NCBI GenBank assembly: GCA_963667015.2
Contig: CAXXJJ010000001.1
Location: 128,001 to 192,000, forward strand
Length of the DNA stretch: 64,000 nt
DNA from: Desulfatiglandales bacterium
GTDB lineage: Bacteria > Desulfobacterota > DSM-4660 > Desulfatiglandales > HGW-15
Reading direction: 5' to 3'
Shown one piece after another: positions 10,960 through 20,481 of this stretch. Numbering within the stretch: position 1 is the first letter of the stretch; each line of letters opens with the position of its first letter. A program made the position numbers and the translations under genes. The notes under the pieces are model-generated. The model saw only the letters and a program-made list of their open reading frames with translations. It did no database searches and was not told the origin of the DNA.

Positions 10960-12015
10960 ATGGATATTTCTCCTTCAAAGGCATGCCAGTATATTGACAG
11001 ACAAAAGGAAAGGGATCGGATTGGGGTATGGGGATTCGGGAATGTATCAAGAGATGTTGTTCTGAATCTTGTAGAAGAAGGCCTTGGTAAAGAGATCGTC
11101 TTTTACGGCAGACCAAAGGAAGGATTTCCCAACAGGGCAAACGCATGGATTGAGGATCTTAAGGCAAACAGCATACACCGTCCCAGGATAAAGGGTACCA
11201 GCGATATTGATGATATGGCAGGGCTGGATGCAATATTTATAGGTGTAGGCGCCCCGAGAAAACCCGGCCAGACACGCAGTGACCTCCTGGAAATCAATAC
11301 AAACGTGATAGCAAAAACCTCTATCCAGATAAAAGAGCTTTATGATGGATGTTCTCCGGATGATCGGCCCATACTTATTTATATGGGCAATCCTGTAACA
11401 GCCATGACATGGATCGGGTACAAGGCAACCGGTTTTCCCAGGGAAAATATAATGGGACAGGCCGGCAATCTTGATTCCCGAAGGATCTGCCATGCCATCT
11501 CTCTCTTAATGAATCGGTCTGCAAAGGATATGAAGGGGATTGTCTTTGGTGAGCACGGGGATTCCATGGTTGCCAGCTCCCGTTATTTTTCGATTGGCGG
11601 GATTCCCCTTAATGATTTTATCCATGCCGAAGGGGTTGATCCGGAAGAGGTTAATGCAGCAATAGCGGAAGCCAAAAAGGGCGGAACCCACTTTGTCAAT
11701 GAAACCGGCCAGAGCGCTTCTGCAGGCCCGGCAAGGGCAGCGGTCGAGATGCTCCGATGTATAATAACCGGTGAATCCGAGACACAGCCGGTCATTTCTA
11801 TAATTGAAAAGGAATACAACCTTATTACGCCATCGGATGGTCTTGATTCAATGGCCTTCGGGGTACCTGCCAGAATAGGACCCAATGGTGTGGAAAAGAT
11901 ATATGAACTTCCTGTGGAAGATATAAGAGACCAGATTGAAAGATCCGCTGGTTTTATAAAGGAAGATATCAAGGCGGCAAAAAAGATACTGAAGGATAAA
12001 TTTCAGATTTCCTGA
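10960..12015 (+). CDS. Malate/lactate dehydrogenase family protein (divergent)
   Basis: PRKPGQTRSDLL, GNPV, LDSRR, GEHGDSMV. Confidence 0.85.
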   Translation: MDISPSKACQYIDRQKERDRIGVWGFGNVSRDVVLNLVEEGLGKEIVFYGRPKEGFPNRANAWIEDLKANSIHRPRIKGTSDIDDMAGLDAIFIGVGAPRKPGQTRSDLLEINTNVIAKTSIQIKELYDGCSPDDRPILIYMGNPVTAMTWIGYKATGFPRENIMGQAGNLDSRRICHAISLLMNRSAKDMKGIVFGEHGDSMVASSRYFSIGGIPLNDFIHAEGVDPEEVNAAIAEAKKGGTHFVNETGQSASAGPARAAVEMLRCIITGESETQPVISIIEKEYNLITPSDGLDSMAFGVPARIGPNGVEKIYELPVEDIRDQIERSAGFIKEDIKAAKKILKDKFQIS

Positions 12016-12491
12016 TTTGATGATTTTCTCAAAGCCCTTCTTGATTCCCTGTCCACAAGTGTAAATAGCTTATCGATCTCATTTTTTTTATGGGAAGCGA
12101 TATGCCCCTGAACCTTAATAAATTCACAGTTAAGACTGTCAGTAATTTTATAGAATTGAATATACAGGTCAGAGTTCTTTAAATGTTTGCCTTTGCCGGA
12201 TTGAAATTTCGTTCTTTCAAGCCTTTCACGTCTTTCCTTAAGCCCGATAATGTTTTGAGAGTCCGTGTAAACAATAATCTTGTCAGCCGTTTTCGTTACT
12301 TCCCCTAGAGCCCAGATTATTGTTTCAAGTTCCAGCCTGGTTGATGATGTATTCTCAAACCTCCTGACCTTTATCTGTCCGCTCAATGATTTCACTGAAG
12401 CCAGTGTGTCAGTTACAGAAAGACAGACGCCATAACCCGTTTTTGACTTTGTGTCTACACTCCCGTCAGTAAATAAAAACAGCTTATCCAT
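12003..12491 (-). CDS. Ribonuclease HI family protein
   Basis: FTDGS, ELE, YTDSQ, KVQGH. Confidence 0.85.
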   Translation of the reverse strand: MDKLFLFTDGSVDTKSKTGYGVCLSVTDTLASVKSLSGQIKVRRFENTSSTRLELETIIWALGEVTKTADKIIVYTDSQNIIGLKERRERLERTKFQSGKGKHLKNSDLYIQFYKITDSLNCEFIKVQGHIASHKKNEIDKLFTLVDRESRRALRKSSNQEI

Positions 12492-12906
12492 AGGTTAACT
12501 TTTCCAGATATGTCTCTATAACAACACGTGTGTAATGCTCAACCGGGAGTTTAAGCGCCTCTTCCACTGATACCCATGTATATTCCTCTGCCTCTTCGTT
12601 CAAAATAACATCACTGGAATCAGTCCTGCACAGATAATCAAAGAAGATATAATGATCCTTTTTCCAGAAGGATTTATCATAGATAAACTCCTGAAAGATG
12701 AGAAATTCAATATGAGAAATATCAAGGTTTGTTTCTTCCTTTACCTCACGCCTTAATGCCTCTTCCATGGTCTCGCCAAGTTCTATATGCCCTCCGGGGA
12801 TAACATATTGCCCATGCCACTTGTGTGATTTCATCAAGAATATTTTTTCTTCCGCATTGATTATGAGTGCACCGACCGCGGGTTCAGGGTATTTCTGACG
12901 GCTCAT
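12484..12906 (-). CDS. NUDIX hydrolase
   Basis: Nudix box GGHIELGETMEEALRREVKEETNL; start taken at MSRQKY. Confidence 0.9.
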   Translation of the reverse strand: MSRQKYPEPAVGALIINAEEKIFLMKSHKWHGQYVIPGGHIELGETMEEALRREVKEETNLDISHIEFLIFQEFIYDKSFWKKDHYIFFDYLCRTDSSDVILNEEAEEYTWVSVEEALKLPVEHYTRVVIETYLEKLTYG

Positions 12907-13101
12907 AACAGATTCTCCTCTTTGATTGCCATCATCGGCATCATTGCAACCCCAATCGAAACCTTCGATTAGCACCATCGAAATATTCCGCTTGACCAAA
13001 TATTTAGATTGACTATTCTTGTTTATAAACTCTGAACTTGTCAAATATTTTAGATGAAAAGACGCTGCTGAATAACTGATCTTAAAAGGAGAGAGATAAC
13101 A

Positions 13102-13554
13102 ATGACAAAATCTGAACTTGCAAAAAAACGTTTTAAAGAAGGATATCACTGCTCCCAGGCCGTACTGGAGGCATTTTCAGGAGAATATGGACTGGACCCC
13201 GTTCTTGCACGCAAAATCGCCACTCCCCTTGCAGGCGGGTCCGGACAGGGTGGAGAATGCGGGGCTGTCGCCGGAGCACTTATTGCCCTGGGGATGGAAT
13301 ATGGTATGGCAGATCCAGGAGACCATGAGGCCTTCAATAATACCTTTAAAAAGGTCGGTATTTTTATTGAACGATTCAGGGAGATCCATGGCAATATCAA
13401 CTGTAACCAGCTTATCGGGATTGACATCTTCAGCGAAGAAGGGCTGAGAGAATTCAGAGAAAAAAACATCAAACTGACGCAGTGTATACAATATGTTGAA
13501 GATGCAGTCGAAATAGTGGAAGAAATAATATGCCAGGACAGGATGGCAGAATGA
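13102..13554 (+). CDS. C-GCAxxG-C-C family redox protein
   Basis: GYHCSQAV, GECGAVAG, NCNQL, late Cys. Confidence 0.88.
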   Translation: MTKSELAKKRFKEGYHCSQAVLEAFSGEYGLDPVLARKIATPLAGGSGQGGECGAVAGALIALGMEYGMADPGDHEAFNNTFKKVGIFIERFREIHGNINCNQLIGIDIFSEEGLREFREKNIKLTQCIQYVEDAVEIVEEIICQDRMAE

Positions 13555-13678
13555 CCTTAACGGCGAAGGCGAGGAGAAATTAAACAACTTCCTGATATGA
13601 GAAAAGGTTGAAATTCCCTTTCCCTTGTATTACATATTTTGATCGGACTTTATCAGTTAAAAAGAAAGAGGGGGAAAA

Positions 13679-15067
13679 ATGGCACCCGCAAAAGGTCTTA
13701 GAATAGAAAAAATTGGCGGAACCTCTATGTCGAGGTTTCCCGAGATAATAAAAAATATTATTTTATATGATATGGATGATATCTATAACCGGGTTTATGT
13801 TGTATCCGCATACGATGGTATAACCAATATGCTGCTGGAACATAAAAAGACCCGTATACCCGGGATATATCAAAAGTTCAGGGATCATGAAAAATACAAT
13901 TCCGCATTAGATGAGTTAAAAAATCATTTATTCAGGATTAATGAAGGCCTTGTTGAGGCAGGACTGAACCTTGATGAAGCAAACCTGTTTATCTCCGAGC
14001 GAATTGATGCGTCAGTCAGGCTGCTCAAAAGTATGGATACCGTGCTGGCTTCAGGGTATGTCAACAGGCTCGAGGTACTTCTTGCGGCACGAGAGCTGCT
14101 GGCATCCCTGGGAGAGATGCACAGCGCCTACAATTCCGCCAGCATCCTGAAAAACCTCGGCTATGACACAACATTTGTCGATCTGAGCGGATGGCAGGAT
14201 GACAGGGAGCTGACAATTGATGAGCGGATAAAAGAGGCCTTTTCCACCCTGGATCCATCAAAGAGTATCTGCTTTGCTACAGGGTACACAAAGGGCATTG
14301 AAGGCATTATGCGTGAATTTGACAGGGGGTATTCTGAAGTGACCTTCTCTAAAATTGCCGTAATACTCCATGCGGAAGAGGCGATCATTCATAAAGAATA
14401 CCATCTGAGTTCCGGAGACCCCAAAGTTATAGGGGCAGAAAAAATTCATCCAGTATGCAATACCAATTTTGATGTAGCTGACCAGCTTGCTGATGTCGGA
14501 ATGGAGGCAATCCATCCCAAGGCATCAAAACCCCTCGAGAACATGAATATCCCCATACGTATAAAAAATGCCTTTCAGCCCGAACATGACGGGACATTAA
14601 TTACAAACAGCTATATTGGCCTTGAATCAAAGATTGAGATTATTGCCGGTTCGGACAGCGTATCCTGTCTGGAGGTGCATGAAACCCAGATGGTTGGAGA
14701 GGTTGGTTTTGACCTTAAAATCATGCAGGTTCTCAAGAGTCATAACGTATCCTATATCAGTAAAATGACAAATGCCAATACCATTGACATCATTATCAAT
14801 GACAGTGACTGCACCGAAGCACTCATAAAAGATCTTGCAGAAAAATTCCAGGTGGTAACATCTTTTAAGGCCGCTATTGTATGCGCCATCGGGTCCAATA
14901 TTGCCAAACCGGGTATTATAGCCGCAGCAACAAAGGCCCTGGCAGACGAGAAGATTAATGTAATGGCAATCTCTCAGACCAGCAGACAGACAAATATGCA
15001 GTTTATCCTAGAAAGGGCGGATTTTAACAGGGCCCAGAGGGCACTGCATCGCGCTGTATGTGAATAA
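13679..15067 (+). CDS. Aspartate kinase (Ask_ect-like)
   Basis: EKIGGTSM, FDRGYSEVTFS, GMEAIHP, C-terminal ACT. Confidence 0.88.
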   Translation: MAPAKGLRIEKIGGTSMSRFPEIIKNIILYDMDDIYNRVYVVSAYDGITNMLLEHKKTRIPGIYQKFRDHEKYNSALDELKNHLFRINEGLVEAGLNLDEANLFISERIDASVRLLKSMDTVLASGYVNRLEVLLAARELLASLGEMHSAYNSASILKNLGYDTTFVDLSGWQDDRELTIDERIKEAFSTLDPSKSICFATGYTKGIEGIMREFDRGYSEVTFSKIAVILHAEEAIIHKEYHLSSGDPKVIGAEKIHPVCNTNFDVADQLADVGMEAIHPKASKPLENMNIPIRIKNAFQPEHDGTLITNSYIGLESKIEIIAGSDSVSCLEVHETQMVGEVGFDLKIMQVLKSHNVSYISKMTNANTIDIIINDSDCTEALIKDLAEKFQVVTSFKAAIVCAIGSNIAKPGIIAAATKALADEKINVMAISQTSRQTNMQFILERADFNRAQRALHRAVCE

Positions 15068-15087
15068 CCTCTTATCAGGGGAGAAAA

Positions 15088-15546
15088 ATGACGCTTTTTC
15101 TTGTTCAGCACGGTAAAAATCTGCCAAAGGAACAGGACCCTGAAAAAGGTCTTTCCCCTGAAGGGAAAAAAGCCGTTGAACAGATCGCTGGGGAGTTAAA
15201 AAGTTATGGGGTGACCGTTAACGAAATATGGCACAGCGGGTTGAAACGGGCCAGAGAGACTGCTGAAATTTTTGGTGCATATATTGGAAAGAGAATAGAA
15301 CCCATCAGTAAGAACGGTCTTGCACCCCTTGATGATGTTACCATGTTTGACCCTGAGCCCGAAGAAAACATCATGATTGTTGGCCATCTCCCATTTATGG
15401 AAAAATTTGTATCTTACCTGATAACCGGTTCACCGGAACATTCACCTGTTGTTAAATTTCAGAATGGCGGAATAGTCGCACTTGATAAAAATAATGAAAC
15501 AGCTTCATGGTTTATTAAATGGACATTGTTTCCAAATATTTATTAA
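15088..15546 (+). CDS. sixA: Phosphohistidine phosphatase SixA-like
   Basis: LVQHG, HSGLKRARETA, VGHLP. Confidence 0.8.
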   Translation: MTLFLVQHGKNLPKEQDPEKGLSPEGKKAVEQIAGELKSYGVTVNEIWHSGLKRARETAEIFGAYIGKRIEPISKNGLAPLDDVTMFDPEPEENIMIVGHLPFMEKFVSYLITGSPEHSPVVKFQNGGIVALDKNNETASWFIKWTLFPNIY

Positions 15547-15548
15547 AA

Positions 15549-16241
15549 TCAATGCGCCGATAAACACCATGCCTTTGTGATAGCAGCCTCTTTTTCAACC
15601 TGTTCTTTAGATCTAAAATCATCCTTGCCGCATACATTATAATGCAGCATATCCTTTACCTCCCTCACCTCTTTGGAAACCGGCGGCACAGCAGGATAAC
15701 CAAGCACCATCAGGTCATATATCTTTAAATCATCAGGAATGCCGATCACATTTCGTATTTCCTTTTCAACAGCGGAACTTCCGGCTGCCGAATACCACTG
15801 GGACGATAGACCAAGGGATGCCGTCGCAAGATGCATTAAAAGAAATGTGCTCGCCATACTGGAACTGAATATTTTGTCCACAATGGGATTTTCTTTTTCA
15901 ACGTTCATGGGCAGGCCCACGTATGCCCTGTAGTCACATAAAGCGAAAATAAAGGCTGGGGCATCACGAAAACTTGCATTTGAAGTATCATCATGATCAT
16001 CAGGGTTTTTGATCGGTGGGCTTTTTTTATCAAGCAAAGATACAATCTTTTTTCTTACAACCCTGTCAGTAATTGCAACAAACTCCCACGGCTGGGTATG
16101 AAAACCTGAAGGAGCCCACCTAGCAACCTCGATTATCTTTTCGATGTATCCTTCAGGGATGGGATCGGATTTAAATTTTCGGTTATTTCGCCTTTTTTGG
16201 GCAACTTCAAGCAGGTTGTCGTACAGGGCTGAGTCAGGCAT
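15549..16241 (-). CDS. Nitroreductase family protein
   Basis: RRNNRKF, APSGFHTQPWEF, LGYP. Confidence 0.9.
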   Translation of the reverse strand: MPDSALYDNLLEVAQKRRNNRKFKSDPIPEGYIEKIIEVARWAPSGFHTQPWEFVAITDRVVRKKIVSLLDKKSPPIKNPDDHDDTSNASFRDAPAFIFALCDYRAYVGLPMNVEKENPIVDKIFSSSMASTFLLMHLATASLGLSSQWYSAAGSSAVEKEIRNVIGIPDDLKIYDLMVLGYPAVPPVSKEVREVKDMLHYNVCGKDDFRSKEQVEKEAAITKAWCLSAH

Positions 16242-16337
16242 ACGGAGTCTCCTTTTTAAAGGTTCTGTTTTTTGATGAGGAATAAGATAAATATGCATGT
16301 TATTATTCGGAAAGTCAAAATAATGCATACTTTTATC

Positions 16338-16366
16338 AACGAGACTGCTGCGATAGCAGTCCCGTT
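16338..16366 (-). terminator. Stem-loop downstream of small ORF (terminator-like)
   Basis: AACGGGACTGCT-ATCGC-AGCAGTCTCGTT on minus strand; U-tract is poor on that strand. Confidence 0.45.
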
Positions 16367-16400
16367 TTTAAAGCCTTTGGCGACTTCTTAAACCTGCAGA

Positions 16401-16559
16401 TTACTTTTGCCAGAATCTTCCGTTAAGTGTTCTGATTATTTTTATTCTGCCCTTTTCATCTATTCCAACTTCTTCACTCACGCTTGATTTTTCTTCATGT
16501 TTTAGATTTCTGGAAAACATCCTGCTTGTTATGTTGATATCATATGTCACCATAACCAT
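16401..16559 (-). CDS. Small hypothetical ORF (52 aa) downstream of structured region
   Basis: MVMVTYDINITSRMFSRNLKHEEKSSVSEEVGIDEKGRIKIIRTLNGRFWQK, below ORF-track cutoff; followed by a hairpin. Confidence 0.35.
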   Translation of the reverse strand: MVMVTYDINITSRMFSRNLKHEEKSSVSEEVGIDEKGRIKIIRTLNGRFWQK

Positions 16560-16569
16560 ATTAATTGAT

Positions 16570-17020
16570 TAGCGGTCCGTCTCGCTCCTTAATATATCAA
16601 CGTGCCTTTTGGCTCGTAGGTAAGGTTCTGCCCCTCCCCGATCCTGTAACTAACTGGTGATGCAGTTTATCAACCATTAGTTTTGACTAGGACGGTATGA
16701 GGGCACGGTATTATTTCTAGGTCGCATTCATATTTATATGTTTGCAGCGGTCTGTAACCCTTGGGCCGCAGGAACATCATTTACGCTCCGACGAGGTAAC
16801 TCAGACCCATTCTCGCGCAAATGATATTCCTGCTGATCAGTAGCAAGGCTGGACAACCTTTGGATTATAAGACTGTTGAACCTCAATGATGCCTCATCCA
16901 CTGGGTAACTATAGCCAATTTTATCCTGCTTAAAGGAATCCCATTGCTCCGAGTTTAGCTCGGCACGATGAACTGCATGGTTAGAAAATCATTGTGGTGT
17001 AGGATTCCGGTTTAAAGTGC
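16570..17020 (-). ncRNA. Candidate large structured RNA / leader of unknown family
   Basis: ORF-free and more GC-rich than flanks; 19-bp stem 16768-16786/16815-16833 with two G-U pairs on the minus strand; several further nested stems. Confidence 0.5.
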
Positions 17021-17571
17021 CAAGTAATTTCTGATTAAAATGTGTCAAAATTTATAAAATGGCTTTTTTAAAAATATATCTTTTGCTGAATCCTTTTAAA
17101 AAAGTAATAAAAACAAATTAAATTGAAAAAGACTCTCTAGAAGGAGTGTGTACTTGCTAATTAATTTAGTCCATATTTTCACAAAAATGGTTCAAGATTC
17201 GCACAATAAATATTACATGTAAAATCATTCATCGTGTAATATTTATTACGGTATACGCCTAAAATGCGGCCCCATCTAAGACTTTAAAATATAGAAAGGT
17301 TCCTCGGATAAAGTTATCTTATTAAATTTCAAATAACAATACATTGTGAAATAGATAATATTATTTGAAAGCATTTTATCCTGGCAACAGCTTCAAAAGC
17401 ATGTTGACTAAAACCTATTGCTAATTACTTTGACTATAAAACAACTCCTAAGATATTAAAAACAATTGAATCCTTTAAGAATACATTGTTATTTTATTTT
17501 GATAGATTACTGATACTGTATATTTTAATTTGCTGAATTTGGCTGTTTTTCAGTTCATATAAAATGAAATT

Positions 17572-17769
17572 TTACAGTGGGGATCTTTCTAATGAGCATC
17601 CATCCCAAGAATGATTTGGATCTGGCATGAATGTCACTCCAAGTCCAGCACCAGCCCTTACTGTTATCAACCATCCACCAGGGACTTTACAACGAGATGC
17701 GTAGAAGCCCTGATCACTACTAAGTTTTTCCCATTTAAGCTTAGATTTTTTGCTGCTAAACAACCCCAT
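17572..17769 (-). CDS. Cassette hypothetical protein (65 aa)
   Basis: RBS GAGGAG, last ORF of array; VPGGWL..FMPDPNHSW. Confidence 0.7.
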   Translation of the reverse strand: MGLFSSKKSKLKWEKLSSDQGFYASRCKVPGGWLITVRAGAGLGVTFMPDPNHSWDGCSLERSPL

Positions 17770-17787
17770 TGTTATCTCCTCTTAAAT

Positions 17788-17914
17788 ATTTCTAAAAGCA
17801 TTACAGGCCGCGGTGCACACCAACTTACCTTGCTAAATACTCGAAGGTTGATAGTTGTAGAGAGTAAAAAAAGCGTGAAAAATAGCCCGGTCGTAATAGA
17901 TGCGATTGTTAAAT
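17788..17914 (-). other. attC (degenerate)
   Basis: GCATTACAGGCCG...CGGTCGTAATAGATGC arms; GTTAAAT end intact, other end mutated. Confidence 0.55.
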
Positions 17915-18259
17915 TTTATCATTTTGCACTAGTTCTCTTACCTTTGGTTTGAGAAGTATTTGTTTTTGTCTACCAACTACTGATGCCCAAAGAACTCCTA
18001 TAATAGGGCTAGCTAGAAATAGCCAATTTGTCTTTAATTCAAATAATGATGATATTAAGCATAGGATAAAAAAACCAATTGTAACAATCAAAACTAAAAC
18101 TAAAAGTGGTATTGGTGTTCTCCAAAAGAGAGATGAATTCTCTTTATCAAATATTTCATGTCTGGCTTTTTCTATGATTTTAAGTTGGACATTATATGGA
18201 AAACCTTTTAATTCAGGGTAGGCTTTTTCAATATTATTTTTCCACATTGACCTGAACAT
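17909..18259 (-). CDS. Cassette 2-TM membrane protein, paralogue of 25419-25739
   Basis: Shares IEKxYPELKG and LKxKVRELxQ..DKI with the other ORF. Confidence 0.75.
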   Translation of the reverse strand: MFRSMWKNNIEKAYPELKGFPYNVQLKIIEKARHEIFDKENSSLFWRTPIPLLVLVLIVTIGFFILCLISSLFELKTNWLFLASPIIGVLWASVVGRQKQILLKPKVRELVQNDKI

Positions 18260-18384
18260 GACCTCTCCTTGAAAATTTAACGGTGAAGTTATACTAAATC
18301 TCCGTTTAGCTCATTAATGTATTTTGCTCATTTCTACTTATTTTTATCTTCGATATCTTATCAATTTACAACTATTTTTTACCC

Positions 18385-18549
18385 CTATTCATTACTTATA
18401 AGCCAATGAGCTATTAGGAGACTTGATGAACCCTTTATAGTGGCATTCTCTGAATTTGTTAGAGATAAATGGTTCCCCCATGGAGTTCCTGCAAATGTTG
18501 AGCTACACAATAGGGCAAATAATAAAATTGTATATCTTAGTTTTTTCAT
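18385..18549 (-). pseudogene. Short signal-peptide ORF, probably a degraded cassette gene
   Basis: MKKLRYTILLFALLCSSTFA.. begins right after attC, stops after 54 aa. Confidence 0.4.
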
Positions 18550-18552
18550 ATC

Positions 18553-18612
18553 TTGTAACATATTGTTTAACCGGCAAGGCGGAACGCCTTGTCGGCGTTG
18601 AAACTTTTAGGG
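18553..18612 (-). other. attC (degenerate)
   Basis: TAAC..TTTAACCGGCAAGGCG-GAA-CGCCTTGTCGGCGTTGAAA hairpin; R'' damaged. Confidence 0.65.
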
Positions 18613-18617
18613 ATTGT

Positions 18618-19280
18618 TTAAAAAAAGTATTCTAATGATACACCAAACACATCTGGTTCAATCCCTGCCTCAAGGCTCGGTGACACAATAGTATCTGAAG
18701 CGTCAATATTGTAATGTTCCCATTGAATACGGATTTTGAGATGATCTGACATCTTATATCTTAATCCTATGCCATAGAGAATATCTCCCTCTGAATTTGA
18801 AGAGGAATAGGATAACATATTTGTCCCTGGGCCAGTACTGCCAAGATACACATCACTGTCTACGTCAAGGTAAGAAAAACCAATTGTTCCAAATACGCTA
18901 AATTTTTCACTTATTGGATACACAAGTAAAGAGGAAATAGTAAAGCCATTGCTTTCAATAGAAATTGTGTCATTAGGGGCGACAATAGAGGTAATGTCCG
19001 GGTTAAGGCTGTATTTTTTACTTACCCGCCCAAAGTCAGCATATCCCACTTCAAACGAAAGATATTTATTTAATTGATACCCAAAGTAAATGTTGTAATA
19101 TCCAGTGTCATCATCAAGTTTCTGCCCTGACAGGAAAATTACATCATTTATTACATCTCCATTAAATTGAGCTGAACCTCCACCAATTCCGAAATATATC
19201 GATGAGTCTTTTGCTTCAGCATTTGTAATTATCAGAGATACGAGCAAAATTATAAAAACACCAAATAATATTCTTTTCAT
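18618..19280 (-). CDS. Outer-membrane beta-barrel (OmpA-like transmembrane domain), cassette-borne
   Basis: Signal peptide, YFGYQLNKYLSFEVGYADFG, terminal YFF. Confidence 0.85.
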   Translation of the reverse strand: MKRILFGVFIILLVSLIITNAEAKDSSIYFGIGGGSAQFNGDVINDVIFLSGQKLDDDTGYYNIYFGYQLNKYLSFEVGYADFGRVSKKYSLNPDITSIVAPNDTISIESNGFTISSLLVYPISEKFSVFGTIGFSYLDVDSDVYLGSTGPGTNMLSYSSSNSEGDILYGIGLRYKMSDHLKIRIQWEHYNIDASDTIVSPSLEAGIEPDVFGVSLEYFF

Positions 19281-19311
19281 AATTTACCTCCATTTCTTTG
19301 TTGTTGACTCA

Positions 19312-19360
19312 ACCGGGATAGGAGCAGCCTCTCGACTACCCTCCTCCAACACCACCGTGT
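19312..19360 (-). mobile_element. Group II (IIC-like) intron 3'-end remnant
   Basis: Minus strand ACGGTGGTGTTGGAGGAGGGTAGTC-GAGA-GGCTGCTCCTATCCCGGT resembles the 3' arm of domain V plus domain VI with bulged A. Confidence 0.65.
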
Positions 19361-19456
19361 AATAATGCAATTAGTAATGCAATCAGGAACAATCCTATAG
19401 CATTCCGGGGAATATACAATCTTTCCAGTGTACTAATACTTCGGTAGGTCTCAGCT

Positions 19457-19709
19457 CTACCCATCTATATCCAAACGATGCCCGTCCAAAAGATATCCGA
19501 ATTGTACGTATGAGCGCCCACAATGAGAAAAAAGCAAATCCAAGTGCAAAAATTTAAAAAACAAAAACTGTAGCAAGTTGTATGGATTTATTGTGCCTAA
19601 AAAGCGCTTTAACTCCGAATCCTGCACCTGAAAACATGACAAATGAAGTGCACACTAAAAAGCAATATACAAAAATCTCTGTTATTTTAGTTTTTCTTGT
19701 GAATCTCAT
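19457..19709 (-). pseudogene. Frameshifted membrane-protein cassette gene
   Basis: Hydrophobic ORF 19709-19554 stops just after a T-run; overlapping frame continues to 19457. Confidence 0.4.
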
Positions 19710-19716
19710 TGGAATA

Positions 19717-19795
19717 ACCGAACCCCCTGGCTAACCGGCTTGTCGAAAACGCGCGAGCGTTTTTGGCAAGTCCGCCGTTGAGTCAGATGTTTTTC
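19717..19795 (-). other. attC (partly degenerate)
   Basis: ACCGAAC..GGCTAACCGGCTTGTCGAAAACGC-GCGA-GCGTTTTTGGCAAGTCCGCCGTTGAGTC..GTT. Confidence 0.75.
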
Positions 19796-19852
19796 TAATG
19801 TTTTTTAGAATGTATAACGTGGCAAGCCACAATTAAAAGTAAAATAATAACC

Positions 19853-20212
19853 CTATAGATAATAAAAGGATGCTTCCAATAAAAAATAAAAAGATATAGA
19901 TACTTCTTTTCTTTCTGAAGCGCTTTCATCTCTATACTTTTCACGTATACCATCTATAAAGCCTTTTTTTGATATTAATTTTTTATACAACATTGCAAAA
20001 GCAAAAAAGGCAATCAAGAGAGATATTTCGGGTACTTTATTAGTAAAGTCTAATGGAGGAAAAAATTTAATTAATATGAATGAAATCCCTAGTAGCTGGG
20101 CAAAATGAACAATTGTCATGGAATATGAAACGGTAGTTAATGCCCCTTTAGAATCTTCATTCTTTGTAAATAAATTATATAAGCGATAGATTGTGTATTT
20201 ATAAAATATCAT
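19853..20212 (-). CDS. Cassette membrane protein (C-terminus possibly frameshifted)
   Basis: RBS AGGAGG, hydrophobic segments. Confidence 0.6.
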   Translation of the reverse strand: MIFYKYTIYRLYNLFTKNEDSKGALTTVSYSMTIVHFAQLLGISFILIKFFPPLDFTNKVPEISLLIAFFAFAMLYKKLISKKGFIDGIREKYRDESASERKEVSISFYFLLEASFYYL

Positions 20213-20237
20213 AGTAACTACCTCCTATAATTTAAAA

Positions 20238-20304
20238 ACACAACGCCTGGCTTCACAGGAAGCCTGCATATCATCAGGCTTTCCGGTGGAAGCAGTTGCT
20301 ATCG
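20238..20304 (-). other. attC with point-mutated R''
   Basis: ACACAAC..GCTTCACAGGAAGCCTG..CAGGCTTTCCGGTGGAAGC..GCTATCG (GTTATCG expected). Confidence 0.8.
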
Positions 20305-20481
20305 AAACGGTATTTTGTCATTCTACATTTAAATACTTATTTAGATAAAAAGAAAAATTTGCACAGGCTATTAATAGCGTAAATTTGTCAATGGAGAATA
20401 AAAGAAGAGTATTGCAGCCTAATTCTTCTACACACCGTTTGACAATATCTCATATTCTCAATAGTAAAACCCATTATAAAA

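Noticed and set aside
16570..17020. RNase P, tmRNA, 6S, retron or group I/II intron identity for the structured region
   Set aside because: Could not find GAGGAAAGUCC, tRNA-like ends, group I P7 or group II DV motifs, and no RT gene is adjacent; needs an Rfam scan
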